DNA of 64,000 nt from an uncultured Poribacteria bacterium (GTDB taxonomy: Bacteria > Poribacteria > WGA-4E > WGA-3G). A program made the translations under genes and the position numbers. Below the pieces are notes generated by a model. The model was not told where the DNA came from. It did no database searches and saw only the letters and a list, made by a program, of their open reading frames with translations. The stretch spans positions 32,001 through 96,000 of the forward strand of contig OX638351.1 of assembly GCA_951813565.1 (NCBI GenBank), written 5' to 3'. Shown piece by piece: positions 28,467 to 37,721 of the stretch; the first letter of the stretch is position 1, and the number at the start of each line of letters is the position of its first letter.

Positions 28467-29027
28467 CTATTCGGCTGCTTTCTTCTGGTCAGCGATCTGT
28501 GTTAACACAGATGTCACCTGACCTATTGTATTACTAAGCACATTGACAAACCGAGTCATAGGTGACCCGTTATTTAAGACTCCGACAAGCCCATACAGCG
28601 GCGCACTGATGCCTCCGATAGCCTTACCAATCAAAACCTCTTTTGAAGGCATATCCTGTAGTGCTTTAACGCCGTTCGCGTCAACTACCTGTGTTCCAAG
28701 GATACCACCTTTAATTTTTAGGCTTTCATGTTCTTCGCTAAACTCAAAGAGGATTTTACTGGAGGTAGCAGGGTCATCGCTTGCCGCAAGAGCAGTGTTA
28801 CCTGTTAAGTATGGCGCAAGTCCATCAATTTCTCGTTCTTGCGCAACGACATTAATTAATGTATTCTTGCAGACTTTATACTGAATATTTGCGGCACGTA
28901 ACTGCTGCCGCAAATCGTTCACCTCAGCGACCGTAAGTCCCTGAAAATCTGCTAAAAGAATTACATCCGAACTTTCAAAAAGTTCACGAATTTGTCCAAC
29001 CTGCTGAATATTTGCTTCATTCGGCAT
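28467..29027 (-). CDS. rplJ: 50S ribosomal protein L10
   Basis: DFQGLTVAEVNDLR, KVCKNTL, IKGG, MPSKE; directly upstream of rplL. Confidence 0.97.
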   Translation of the reverse strand: MPNEANIQQVGQIRELFESSDVILLADFQGLTVAEVNDLRQQLRAANIQYKVCKNTLINVVAQEREIDGLAPYLTGNTALAASDDPATSSKILFEFSEEHESLKIKGGILGTQVVDANGVKALQDMPSKEVLIGKAIGGISAPLYGLVGVLNNGSPMTRFVNVLSNTIGQVTSVLTQIADQKKAAE

Positions 29028-29070
29028 TGGTTAGCTCCTTTCACGTCTCGACTATTCCGCTCAGAAATAG

Positions 29071-29210
29071 AAAAACCCCCAGAAACCTGGAGGCTTGACC
29101 TAACTACGGAAGTCAAAAAAACTGGCTTCGGTGCATAAACACGAAGTGTTTTCCAACCTTATCCGAGTCTCGGTAGGCAATTAAGCCAAAAGCCCCTACT
29201 TTCTACAACT
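29071..29210 (-). promoter_or_regulatory. L10 leader RNA with downstream attenuator-like terminator
   Basis: Minus strand AGTAGG...TTAAT..CCTACCGAG (29166-29210); hairpin AAGCCTCCAG-GTTT-CTGGGGGTTTTT (29071-29096) before the rplJ RBS. Confidence 0.7.
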
Positions 29211-29496
29211 CTATTCTATTTTATGGAATTTGTCGTTTGTTTCCTATAATATTTCAAGACCTTCACACAACAAGATAGTCTGCACACTTGTCATCCGGTT
29301 CAACGTTGATCTTGGCGATCTGTTCACAAAACGCTGGTGTCATCCACAGCCACGCATTAGAAATCTAATACACCAACGATTCGTTCATCAATACGCTTCG
29401 TTACGAAACATAGCAAGTTCTCGCCGTAACCGTCTATCTGCGCGGTCTGATTCTTGAAATGCTTCGCCTCATAGTTCAAGTAGTGAGGCCATAATA

Positions 29497-30024
29497 TCAA
29501 TATGAAAAAATGTTTGCGATTGTCCAAATAAAACTAATGAATCCAAATAAGGTGAATTGGGTCACGGATCCAATACGAATTATATGATAACGTGAGTTTG
29601 ATAAATAGTTAGAACTTCCACATTTCCTCTTAAAGTCCCTCTGATAAGGGGGATTTAGGGGGTTAAAAACGCCAAAATAACGATTTTTTCAGCAAATATG
29701 CCCGTTCTCTGTTCAATTTTTGCCTGTCCAGTTAATTATCAAACTCACGTTATGATAAGTAATTATTTGAACCAATATTTGACACACAAATGTGCCAACG
29801 CCTGCTAAAATAAGACCAATCCAACCTAACATCAATAATCCGTTAAGACAAGCAAGGGGCAAAGCCAAAAACATATACCATCTCATAATTGCAGATCCGA
29901 TGGCAGTTGAAGCCCACATTGGATTATATAATACACCTTCCCCTCTGATTTTATAATAATTCATTCTGGAAATACCATTATACGCGATGGAATGGACAAT
30001 TATAAAAATTATTAGAGGAAGCAT
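29497..30024 (-). pseudogene. membrane protein gene interrupted by MITE A
   Basis: Removing 29590-29750 plus one TATGATA restores a 119-aa ORF ending YHIIRIGSVTQFTLFGFISFIWTIANIFSY* (stop 29497-29499). Confidence 0.85.
29590..29750. mobile_element. MITE family A copy 2 (161 bp)
   Basis: ACGTGAGTTTGATAA...TTATCAAACTCACGT; duplication TATGATA at 29583-29589 and 29751-29757; internal AAAGTCCCTCTGATAAGGGGGATTTAGGGGG repeat. Confidence 0.92.
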
Positions 30025-30036
30025 TACACCCGCACC

Positions 30037-30402
30037 TTACTTTAATTTCGTTCGCCGACCACGAACAGGTGGTAATAACTCCCAGCCTCTATCTTCAAGT
30101 GATTTCTTTATTTGTTCATACTCTTCCATATCAGGTTTTATTTCAATTTGAGCGGGGAACTTGCCATTCTTGGGTTTCACAGACAGATGAATATATGATA
30201 AAGATTTATGACGGAGTATATGCTTTATTTCGCCATTGTTATCATACCAAGTAAATAAATCATGTGAACCTCTATTTAACACACTGGTTTCATAGTTTTC
30301 TGGTCTATCATATTGATTTAATTTTATACCTGTCTCCAAAACAGTTCTTTGTTTCGCTTCTTTTTCTATTGTTTCAAATAACTTTTGAAATATGTTGCTC
30401 AT
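30037..30402 (-). CDS. hypothetical protein (AT-rich insert)
   Basis: GGAGG RBS, 121-aa ORF, no family recognised. Confidence 0.6.
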   Translation of the reverse strand: MSNIFQKLFETIEKEAKQRTVLETGIKLNQYDRPENYETSVLNRGSHDLFTWYDNNGEIKHILRHKSLSYIHLSVKPKNGKFPAQIEIKPDMEEYEQIKKSLEDRGWELLPPVRGRRTKLK

Positions 30403-30456
30403 CTATACCTCCACTTTGAAATGTTTAGTCTCTTAATTCAAGTAGTATGCTATAAA

Positions 30457-30903
30457 TTAGATATTGTCTGGTATAATTGAACATACAGTCATGTAAAGAC
30501 GTTGTGATAAATAATTTAAATCCGCAGGTCTATTTGGAAATACCCAAGGAATGAGGTGTAAATGATTTAGATCTTCTAACACTACGGTATATGCAACCGC
30601 TTGGAATTTCAATTGCTGATTTTCACCCATTTCTAATTCTGCGGTAGTAAGGATACCATCAATTTCATCTTCCGTATACTCTTTATGGTGTGTTTGTAAA
30701 ACAATTTTATATAAATCTTCATGTGATAGATCAGGATGTGTTGATTTAGCACGATAATAAAAGAAAAGTAGATATTTTAGATGCTTTTTTATCACACGAA
30801 AAGCGAATGATCTACTAATAAGGTAATGCGGTCTTCTTAAAAATGGCAAAAAAATAGCAAATGGACCAATAATCTTTGAAGTGAGCCAAAGTAAACCACT
30901 CAT
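30457..30903 (-). CDS. hypothetical protein (AT-rich insert)
   Basis: 148-aa ORF co-oriented with rplA, no family recognised. Confidence 0.55.
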   Translation of the reverse strand: MSGLLWLTSKIIGPFAIFLPFLRRPHYLISRSFAFRVIKKHLKYLLFFYYRAKSTHPDLSHEDLYKIVLQTHHKEYTEDEIDGILTTAELEMGENQQLKFQAVAYTVVLEDLNHLHLIPWVFPNRPADLNYLSQRLYMTVCSIIPDNI

Positions 30904-30994
30904 ATCCGAACCTTGAAGTTTCTATTCTGCCGCGCAATACGTTCTTTGCGTTGCTGCCGTTCATGCTCAAACCGACTGACACGCAATTCGCGAA

Positions 30995-31693
30995 TCACAG
31001 AAATTGTTGGGGATCAATTCGGATACCAACTCCCATCGTTGAAGAGATCGCAACACTTCTCAGGTAACGTCCTTTTGCTGATGCCGGACGTGCCTTCACG
31101 AGAGCATCCATGATGGTGTTGAGGTTGTCCTTAAGTTGATTTTCTTCAAACGAAACCTTGCCTATTGGTACATGTACAATACCGGAGTCTCGCTCAACAC
31201 GATACTCAATTTGTCCCGCTTTGATGTTCTGAATCGTCTCCGTGACATCCGTTGTCACGGTGCCAGCTTTCGGATTGGGCATTAAGCCTCGCGGTCCGAG
31301 TATCCTTCCTAACTTCGGCATGATGCTACGCATTAAATCCGGTGTTGCGATTGTTGCGTCAAAATCAAGCCAACCGTCAACAATTTTATCAACTAAATCA
31401 TCACTACCGACAAAATCTGCACCTGCTTCCTCGGCTTCCTGTGCCTTGTCACCTTCAGCAAACACAGCAACACGAACAGATTTTCCAGTGCCGTGCGGAA
31501 GCGCAACTGTACCGCGAATATTCTGTTCAGCAAGGCGCGCATCTACACCAAGACGCGAAGCTAAATCAACTGTTTCATCAAACTTTGCAGTACTCGTTTT
31601 TTTCAAGAGTGAGATAGCTTCGTCAACAGTGTAAAAATTTAATCTGTCAACATGCTGCTGAATATCGCTATAACGTTTTCCTTTTTTCGCCAT
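30995..31693 (-). CDS. rplA: 50S ribosomal protein L1
   Basis: [38 protein letters not shown] 31693 after GGAG. Confidence 0.98.
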   Translation of the reverse strand: MAKKGKRYSDIQQHVDRLNFYTVDEAISLLKKTSTAKFDETVDLASRLGVDARLAEQNIRGTVALPHGTGKSVRVAVFAEGDKAQEAEEAGADFVGSDDLVDKIVDGWLDFDATIATPDLMRSIMPKLGRILGPRGLMPNPKAGTVTTDVTETIQNIKAGQIEYRVERDSGIVHVPIGKVSFEENQLKDNLNTIMDALVKARPASAKGRYLRSVAISSTMGVGIRIDPQQFL

Positions 31694-31823
31694 TTTGCTC
31701 TCCAAGTTTTATAATACCATATTTAATTGATAAAATATCATAATAGCGTATAGGTCAGGTAGAACGGACGCGAAACCCGACATGGCACTATCCAGATTTT
31801 TTCCTAAATGGGTTAACTTAGGT

Positions 31824-32246
31824 TTAGTTAATATTTAAACCCATGCTCCGTGCTGTGCCTTCAACCATTCGGATTGCTGCTTCTATATTCTTGGTATTAA
31901 GATCAGGTAATTTCGTTTCAGCAATCTCGCGTATCTGATCCTTACTGACAGTGGCGACCTTATTCCGATTCGGTTCACCAGACCCTTTGGCAATTTTCGC
32001 CGCAGATTTAAGCAAAACCGCAGCCGGCGGGGATTTTACGATGAATGTAAAGGATCGATCACTATAACATGTAATAATAGTGGTGACAACCATACCGCTC
32101 TGCTGCTGTGTCTGCGCGTTGAAGGTTTTTATAAATTCCTGCAGGTTAATCATATAAGGCGCAAGACTGGGACCGACAGGCGGTTGTGGAGTAGCCTGCC
32201 CTGACACCAACTGAAGTTTTACTTCACCTGCTACTGTTTTTGCCAT
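31824..32246 (-). CDS. rplK: 50S ribosomal protein L11
   Basis: [30 protein letters not shown]. Confidence 0.98.
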   Translation of the reverse strand: MAKTVAGEVKLQLVSGQATPQPPVGPSLAPYMINLQEFIKTFNAQTQQQSGMVVTTIITCYSDRSFTFIVKSPPAAVLLKSAAKIAKGSGEPNRNKVATVSKDQIREIAETKLPDLNTKNIEAAIRMVEGTARSMGLNIN

Positions 32247-32276
32247 TTTGTTACCATCTCCGTATCTTTACTAAAT

Positions 32277-32849
32277 TTATAGCCTTTCAACCCCAAGGAA
32301 CCCTAATTCAAGAGGTGTTGAACGTCCAAAGATTGTAATTGAGAGGCTTAAGCGTTGTCGTTGCATATCTATTCCAAGAATTTCTGCAGTAAAGGAACTG
32401 AAAGGACCTTCAATAACGCGAACTTTATCCCCAACAGCGTATGTCACCTCTGGTACAGGTGCTTGTTCTTCAACAGTTGAACTTTCCAACATCCGTTCTA
32501 CATCTTCCGCGCTAAGGGGAATAGGATTTGCATTTCCAAGAAATTGCATGACACCAGGGGTTTCCTGAACAAAAGCCCAACTTTTCTGGCCAATCGGATT
32601 TTCCGCATGCGGACCAATTTCATGCTGAGAGTTGATAAGCACATATCCAGGATAAGTAGGACCAGTTCTCACTTTTCGTTTTCCGTCTTCATTTTTCACG
32701 GTAGTGGAGAGAGGAACGTTAACCTGTAAGATTTCGCCCTGTAGTTCCTTATCAGTATCCGAATCGGATGCCAGGCGTCTCTCAAGATTAGACTGTATTT
32801 TCTTTTCGTGTCCAGTGTATACCTGAACAATATACCAGTAACCAGTCAT
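32277..32849 (-). CDS. nusG: transcription factor NusG
   Basis: WYIVQVYTGHE, YPGYVL, TPGV..FLG, KOW motif GDKVRVIEGPF, IFGRSTP. Confidence 0.96.
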   Translation of the reverse strand: MTGYWYIVQVYTGHEKKIQSNLERRLASDSDTDKELQGEILQVNVPLSTTVKNEDGKRKVRTGPTYPGYVLINSQHEIGPHAENPIGQKSWAFVQETPGVMQFLGNANPIPLSAEDVERMLESSTVEEQAPVPEVTYAVGDKVRVIEGPFSSFTAEILGIDMQRQRLSLSITIFGRSTPLELGFLGVERL

Positions 32850-33005
32850 GATTAATTCCCATTGCTAAAATAAGGTGTCAGAATAAGACATCGGCAGTTT
32901 GTTAGGCTTGAATCAAATAACCTTTTTGCGCAGATACAATTTGTAAACGCGAACAAGGCAGGAGTTACCGGGAACACCGCACTATTTGCCAAAGTCCTAT
33001 TTGAG

Positions 33006-33380
33006 TTAACGCAGAAAAATATTCCTTAAAAAGGACATCCCGAACCCTGTGAGCGATTCTTCAGGTTGAACAACGTATTGACTAATAAGGACAACGGCCA
33101 AAGGAATACATGCTATAGCTGTTGCGAATAACCGCCGGTTTTCTAAACCTTTACCAAGGAAAAAGACAACGATAGGAATTGCAATCAGAATCAATTCAGC
33201 AGGCCACTTCCACGTAGGTTGCGCAGAACTACCGTCAACAAGCCAAATGAAAACTCCCAAAATTCCAGAGGCAATCAAAACTACAACTGTACTACCGCGC
33301 ACTTGTTCCAAGTCAGGTTTAGTTACCTTTTGCCATTCTAAAAGTATGTTTTGAACGTAATTTTTAATTCGTGCTATCAT
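33006..33380 (-). CDS. secE: preprotein translocase SecE (atypical, 124 aa)
   Basis: EWQKVTKP....V..STVVV...FIWLVD motif; position between tRNA-Trp and nusG. Confidence 0.88.
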   Translation of the reverse strand: MIARIKNYVQNILLEWQKVTKPDLEQVRGSTVVVLIASGILGVFIWLVDGSSAQPTWKWPAELILIAIPIVVFFLGKGLENRRLFATAIACIPLAVVLISQYVVQPEESLTGFGMSFLRNIFLR

Positions 33381-33389
33381 GATAAGAGG

Positions 33390-33463
33390 CAGGCCAGGAG
33401 GGATTCGAACCCCCAACATCCGGTTTTGGAGACCGGCGCTCTACCAGTTCGAGCTACTGGCCT
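33390..33463 (-). tRNA. tRNA-Trp(CCA)
   Basis: Cloverleaf AGGCCAG...CCGGT-CTCCAAA-ACCGG...GGTTCGAATCC...CTGGCCT-G. Confidence 0.95.
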
Positions 33464-33476
33464 GTGGACGTAAAGT

Positions 33477-33629
33477 TTAGCGAGTCTCCTTATGCAGCGT
33501 ATGTTTACGGCAGAAACGACAATATTTTTTGCGCTCATACCGGTCCTGCTGCGTCCGTCGATTCCGTGTTGTTATATAATTTCGTTGTTTACAAGCATCA
33601 CATGCTAATGTTACTATGTCTCTCGGCAT
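33477..33629 (-). CDS. rpmG: 50S ribosomal protein L33 (Zn-ribbon form; missing from the ORF track)
   Basis: [50 protein letters not shown]. Confidence 0.96.
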   Translation of the reverse strand: MPRDIVTLACDACKQRNYITTRNRRTQQDRYERKKYCRFCRKHTLHKETR

Positions 33630-33656
33630 AAATTTCCTACCTTCGTATTATATAGG

Positions 33657-33732
<76 letters not shown>

Positions 33733-33750
33733 AAGTCATTATGTATCACA

Positions 33751-33823
33751 AGCGGGAGACGGGATTCGAACCCGCGACGCATGGCTTGGAAGGCCAATGC
33801 TCTACCAGCTGAGCTACTCCCGC
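33751..33823 (-). tRNA. tRNA-Gly(TCC)
   Basis: GCGGGAG...TGGC-CTTCCAA-GCCA...GGTTCGAATCC...CTCCCGC-T. Confidence 0.95.
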
Positions 33824-33834
33824 ATAAAACCGAA

Positions 33835-33916
33835 TGGGGGCGGACGGATTCGAACCGCCGTAGGCATTGCCAACAGATTTACAGTCTGCCCTTTTTGACC
33901 GCTCAAGCACACCCCC
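33835..33916 (-). tRNA. tRNA-Tyr(GTA)
   Basis: GGGGGTG...GCAGA-CTGTAAA-TCTGT, long variable arm, GGTTCGAATCC. Confidence 0.95.
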
Positions 33917-33923
33917 AAAGGGA

Positions 33924-33995
33924 AGCTGACGAGAGGAATCGAACCTCCAACCTAGTGATTACAAATCACTTGCTCTACCATTGAGCCACGTCAGC
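33924..33995 (-). tRNA. tRNA-Thr(TGT)
   Basis: GCTGACG...AGTGA-TTTGTAA-TCACT...GGTTCGATTCC...CGTCAGC-T. Confidence 0.95.
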
Positions 33996-34024
33996 ACGCA
34001 AACGTGCCTCTCTTCAACCCTTAA

Positions 34025-34053
34025 AGTATACACACTTTAAGGGCATTTGTCAA
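34025..34053 (-). promoter_or_regulatory. sigma70 promoter of the tRNA/ribosomal protein operon
   Basis: TTGACA-N17-TATACT, 30 bp upstream of tRNA-Thr(TGT). Confidence 0.8.
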
Positions 34054-34072
34054 GAAAATCTCCTTTTCGCGC

Positions 34073-34456
34073 TTAGTTCTCATCTTCGTTTTCTTCATCA
34101 GCGTCGCCGTCTTCGGTATCCACATCGTTATCGGTATCAGCATCACTGTCTTCAGTTGAACTTTCACCAAAAAGTTCGGCAATCTGTTCATCTTTGTCTA
34201 CTGCATCGTAGTCATCAGATTCAGAAGTGAAAATAGACTTCATCTCGGACTCAGAAGTATTTGGATCAACTTTTTTATATGTCAGTTCACCTGAAGCCAA
34301 TTCTTCAGTTGCAACAGATACAGGTTTCTGTTTTTTGGATAAACCTGCTCCAAGAAGTTCGTCATTTAACGAACGCGCACGTTTCGCGATAACGTTAACT
34401 GCCAGATATTTATTCGGCACCTGCTTTACCAACTCTTCAAGGTAGACAATTGCCAT
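34073..34456 (-). CDS. rpoZ: RNA polymerase omega subunit with long acidic tail
   Basis: NKYLAVNVIAKRARSL, KPVSVATEEL; C-terminal half Asp/Glu-rich. Confidence 0.9.
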   Translation of the reverse strand: MAIVYLEELVKQVPNKYLAVNVIAKRARSLNDELLGAGLSKKQKPVSVATEELASGELTYKKVDPNTSESEMKSIFTSESDDYDAVDKDEQIAELFGESSTEDSDADTDNDVDTEDGDADEENEDEN

Positions 34457-34491
34457 CGTTTTTCTCCATTTTTTTTAAGACTCAACGTATA

Positions 34492-34556
34492 ATTGTATCT
34501 AATTTCTTCAGTGAAGTCAAATTAATTTTGACATGTCGTCAGTAAAATGGTAGAAT
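34492..34556. promoter_or_regulatory. back-to-back sigma70 promoters for rpoZ and mqnC
   Basis: Minus strand TTGACT-N17-TACAAT (34520 to 34492); plus strand TTGACA-N17-TAGAAT (34528-34556). Confidence 0.75.
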
Positions 34557-34604
34557 TGTTTTATTGTTTACGTAACTGAACATTGTAGAAGGATAATAAA
34601 GCTA

Positions 34605-35672
34605 ATGAATAATACCGTTCAACTCATATTGGAAAAAGCGCTTGCGGCGGAACGTTTGAATTTTGATGACGCATTAACTCTCTTTAAAAGCCATGATCTG
34701 CTTGCCCTCGGCCACGCTGCAGATGTTATCCGACACCGAAAACATCCAGAAGGCTACACAACTTACATTGTTGATAGAAACATTAACTATACCAACTGGT
34801 GTTACGTTGATTGTGAGTTTTGTGCCTTCTATCGCCACCGAAAAGACCCTGACGCTTATGTAATGGAACGTGAAGAACTCGGACAAAAAATCCAAGAAAC
34901 CCTTGATTTGGGCGGTGAACTTATTCTGATGCAAGGTGGACTACATCCTAAACTCAAACTGGAATGGTATGAGGACCTACTGCGCTGGATTAAGGCCAAC
35001 TATAAAATTCATGTTCACGGCTTTTCGCCACCAGAATTAGATTGGTTTGCCAAGATCAATAGGATGCCTTTACGAGAAATACTCACTCGACTCCGTGATG
35101 CTGGACTTGACTCTATTCCTGGCGGTGGCGCTGAAATCTTAACCGACCACGCTCGAAACAAAATTAGCCCTAAAAAGTGTACAGCAGACGAATGGCTTGA
35201 GGTGATGCGGCAAGGACATTTTGTCGGACTCAAATCAAGTGCAACCATGATGTATGGGCACGTCGAGAGTTATGCTGAACGCGTAGAACATTTAATGCGG
35301 TTGCGCGATTTACAAGATGAAACCGGTGGGTTCACTGCATTTATCTGTTGGTCTTTTCAGCCAAGCAACACGGAACTTGAACACATTCCACCTGCAGGAA
35401 GTTTTGAGTATCTAAAAACCTTAGCAATCTCCCGCTTATTTCTGGATAATATTGATAACTTTCAATCATCGTGGGTTACGCAGGGACCGAAAATTGGTCA
35501 ACTCTCCCTCAAGTTCGGTGCCAACGATATGGGCGGCACGATGATAGAAGAAAACGTTGTCAGTAAAGCGGGTACCGTCTACTGCATGCCGATAGAGGAA
35601 ATTGAACGCACCATATCAGAATTAGGATTTGTGCCTAAACGTAGAAACTTTTTCTACGACATCCTCAATTAG
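34605..35672 (+). CDS. mqnC: dehypoxanthine futalosine cyclase (CofH/MqnC radical SAM)
   Basis: TYIVDRNINYTNWCYVDCEFCAFY, MQGG, IPGGGAEIL, ATMMYGH, FTAFICWSFQP, QSSWVTQG, GANDMG..EENV. Confidence 0.88.
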   Translation: MNNTVQLILEKALAAERLNFDDALTLFKSHDLLALGHAADVIRHRKHPEGYTTYIVDRNINYTNWCYVDCEFCAFYRHRKDPDAYVMEREELGQKIQETLDLGGELILMQGGLHPKLKLEWYEDLLRWIKANYKIHVHGFSPPELDWFAKINRMPLREILTRLRDAGLDSIPGGGAEILTDHARNKISPKKCTADEWLEVMRQGHFVGLKSSATMMYGHVESYAERVEHLMRLRDLQDETGGFTAFICWSFQPSNTELEHIPPAGSFEYLKTLAISRLFLDNIDNFQSSWVTQGPKIGQLSLKFGANDMGGTMIEENVVSKAGTVYCMPIEEIERTISELGFVPKRRNFFYDILN

Positions 35673-37633
35673 CGATAGTCTTCGTGAATCCAAATATCCC
35701 TCGCCATCGCCTTTTTACGTGTCGCGAACCAAGTCCCATACGCTTCCCTTTTCTTACCTTGAAGAAGTGCTTGATAACGTTGTGTCTTTTGTGCAGGATC
35801 AGTTCGGAACAATTCTACATCCGGTTCTACTCGTTCACTTAATTCAATGATGTAAACTGCTGAGTCACCTGTAAATGGTCCACGGACATCCCCTACAGAC
35901 ATATTAAAGGCGGCAAACATGACTTCTTTTGAGTTCCCCATATTGGAAATATAGGAACTTCCTGCTGTCCGATTAAAAAGGTTGCTCTCTTGGACGGATT
36001 TTTGGACTGCAGTTATCCCTTCAGGCACTTTATATTTTTTAACTAAGTCATCTAACGATTCACTGTCTGTCCGTTGATTAAACAAATTTTGTGCATCCGC
36101 CAAAGCACTTTCTTTGGCTTTTTTATTACGCAAATCGTTGATAACTTGTTCTTTCACACCCTCAAATTCGGGGATAGTAGCGGGTTTCTTTCCAAGGACA
36201 GTTGCAACAAAATAGGCAGTAACATCTCTGCCGAATCTCTTCGTTTCAATTGTCTTTGTCACGCCTACTTCCATATCAAAAAGTTCTTCAGTCAATCCTC
36301 CGTAAACCCAACTTGATCCAATATCAGGAATATTTGTGGTTCCCTTACTGAAGAATCCTGTTTCTCCAGCAACAAGTGACAATTCTTTGTAACTATCAAG
36401 TCCAATTGCGGTTTCATAATCCTCAACTTCAATGTCAAAGAGTAGGTTATCAGCTACCTCTTTTGCATTATCTACACCATTGATTTTAACCAGTTTTTCC
36501 CGAATCTCGTTTTCTACATCAGAAAAAGGTTTAACTTCTGCTGCTTTTTTCTCTTCCAATTGGATGATATGGTATCCGTAAGAGGTTTCAATCAGATCAC
36601 TCACTTCCCCAGGTTTTAATATGTCAAAACATGCTTCTTCAAAAGGTTTGACCATATCTCCCCGCGCAAAATAATCACCAGGTGGCAGGTTTGGATTGTT
36701 ACCGCGCAGGGCACCACCATTTACACCTGAAGGCCCTTCTGAATGTGTTTTAGCCAAGTCAGCAAATGATGTTCCTGCAGCCAATTCTGCTTTGACAGTT
36801 TTAAGTAATTCTTCCGCAGCCGTTTTGGTTTCTACTTTTTGTTCATCAGTGGCATTTTCAGGAAATTTTTTCAAGATATGCCGTGCTTTGACTGCCTCGG
36901 CTGTCGTAAATTCAGATTGATTTTCAGTGTAATAAGTTTCAATATCCGATGTTGAAACAAAATCACCGGGATTAATTTTGATAAACCTAATATTCACCTG
37001 CTCCTCGGTTTTATAGTCGTCCCGGTTTTCTTGAAAATACGTTTCTGCCTCTGCATCATCTACGTTTACAGTTGATAGATAATCACTGTGTCGAAATTCA
37101 AGGTATTTTACTTTTGCCTTGTCTGCTTCAAGCTGATAAACTTGTTCGGCTTCGGTGTCAGTTACCAATTCAAGGGTTTGAATATTATCTCGCAGTGATG
37201 TTGAACTGAGTTGGAAACGCACATTCTGCTTATAGAGTTCTGCTACTCCCCACCCTTCATATTGATTATACTGTTGAACACGGTTTTCGTCACTTCGGAT
37301 ATAACGTTCAACTTCTGCGTCGCTAATATTTGCGCTCCCCTCAATCGCCCGTTTTATCAAGAAATCAATTATTTCTTTTTGTGTCCTTTTCTGGTCAGGT
37401 GGAGTACCATATCTTTGGTTCTGTTGTTGCCGCATCTGGTCCGAGACCATTTTTTCAAAATCTTTTCTTGTAACTTCTATCGCATCAATTTTGAGAACAA
37501 CCTCTGCCTCTGTCCCCTCCTTGCGTCCTCCACTTGAACCACTGTAGAGCATAATTGAGCCAATAACGAAGACAATTGCAATAACCCACATAAAGATTTG
37601 AGCTATAAATTTTTCCCGTAGAAAGATAATCAT
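35669..37633 (-). CDS. PpiD/SurA-like membrane-anchored parvulin peptidyl-prolyl isomerase
   Basis: N-terminal TM, ARHIL, FADLAKTHSE, MVKPFEEA, ETSYGYHII. Confidence 0.88.
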   Translation of the reverse strand: MIIFLREKFIAQIFMWVIAIVFVIGSIMLYSGSSGGRKEGTEAEVVLKIDAIEVTRKDFEKMVSDQMRQQQNQRYGTPPDQKRTQKEIIDFLIKRAIEGSANISDAEVERYIRSDENRVQQYNQYEGWGVAELYKQNVRFQLSSTSLRDNIQTLELVTDTEAEQVYQLEADKAKVKYLEFRHSDYLSTVNVDDAEAETYFQENRDDYKTEEQVNIRFIKINPGDFVSTSDIETYYTENQSEFTTAEAVKARHILKKFPENATDEQKVETKTAAEELLKTVKAELAAGTSFADLAKTHSEGPSGVNGGALRGNNPNLPPGDYFARGDMVKPFEEACFDILKPGEVSDLIETSYGYHIIQLEEKKAAEVKPFSDVENEIREKLVKINGVDNAKEVADNLLFDIEVEDYETAIGLDSYKELSLVAGETGFFSKGTTNIPDIGSSWVYGGLTEELFDMEVGVTKTIETKRFGRDVTAYFVATVLGKKPATIPEFEGVKEQVINDLRNKKAKESALADAQNLFNQRTDSESLDDLVKKYKVPEGITAVQKSVQESNLFNRTAGSSYISNMGNSKEVMFAAFNMSVGDVRGPFTGDSAVYIIELSERVEPDVELFRTDPAQKTQRYQALLQGKKREAYGTWFATRKKAMARDIWIHEDYR

Positions 37634-37721
37634 GCGTAATCTTTTCTCCTCAATTTAAATTATACTACATTTAATGATACCCTATAGGACTGCAATTTTC
37701 AATAATTTTTTAAGTTTTATA

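Noticed and set aside
29230..29495. Short ORFs upstream of the L10 leader, including a TGA-interrupted frame (possible selenocysteine)
   Set aside because: No recognisable family, redox motif or SECIS-like hairpin; more likely decayed sequence.
33381..33419. N-terminal extension of SecE in the ORF track
   Set aside because: It overlaps tRNA-Trp; the likely start is ATG 33380.
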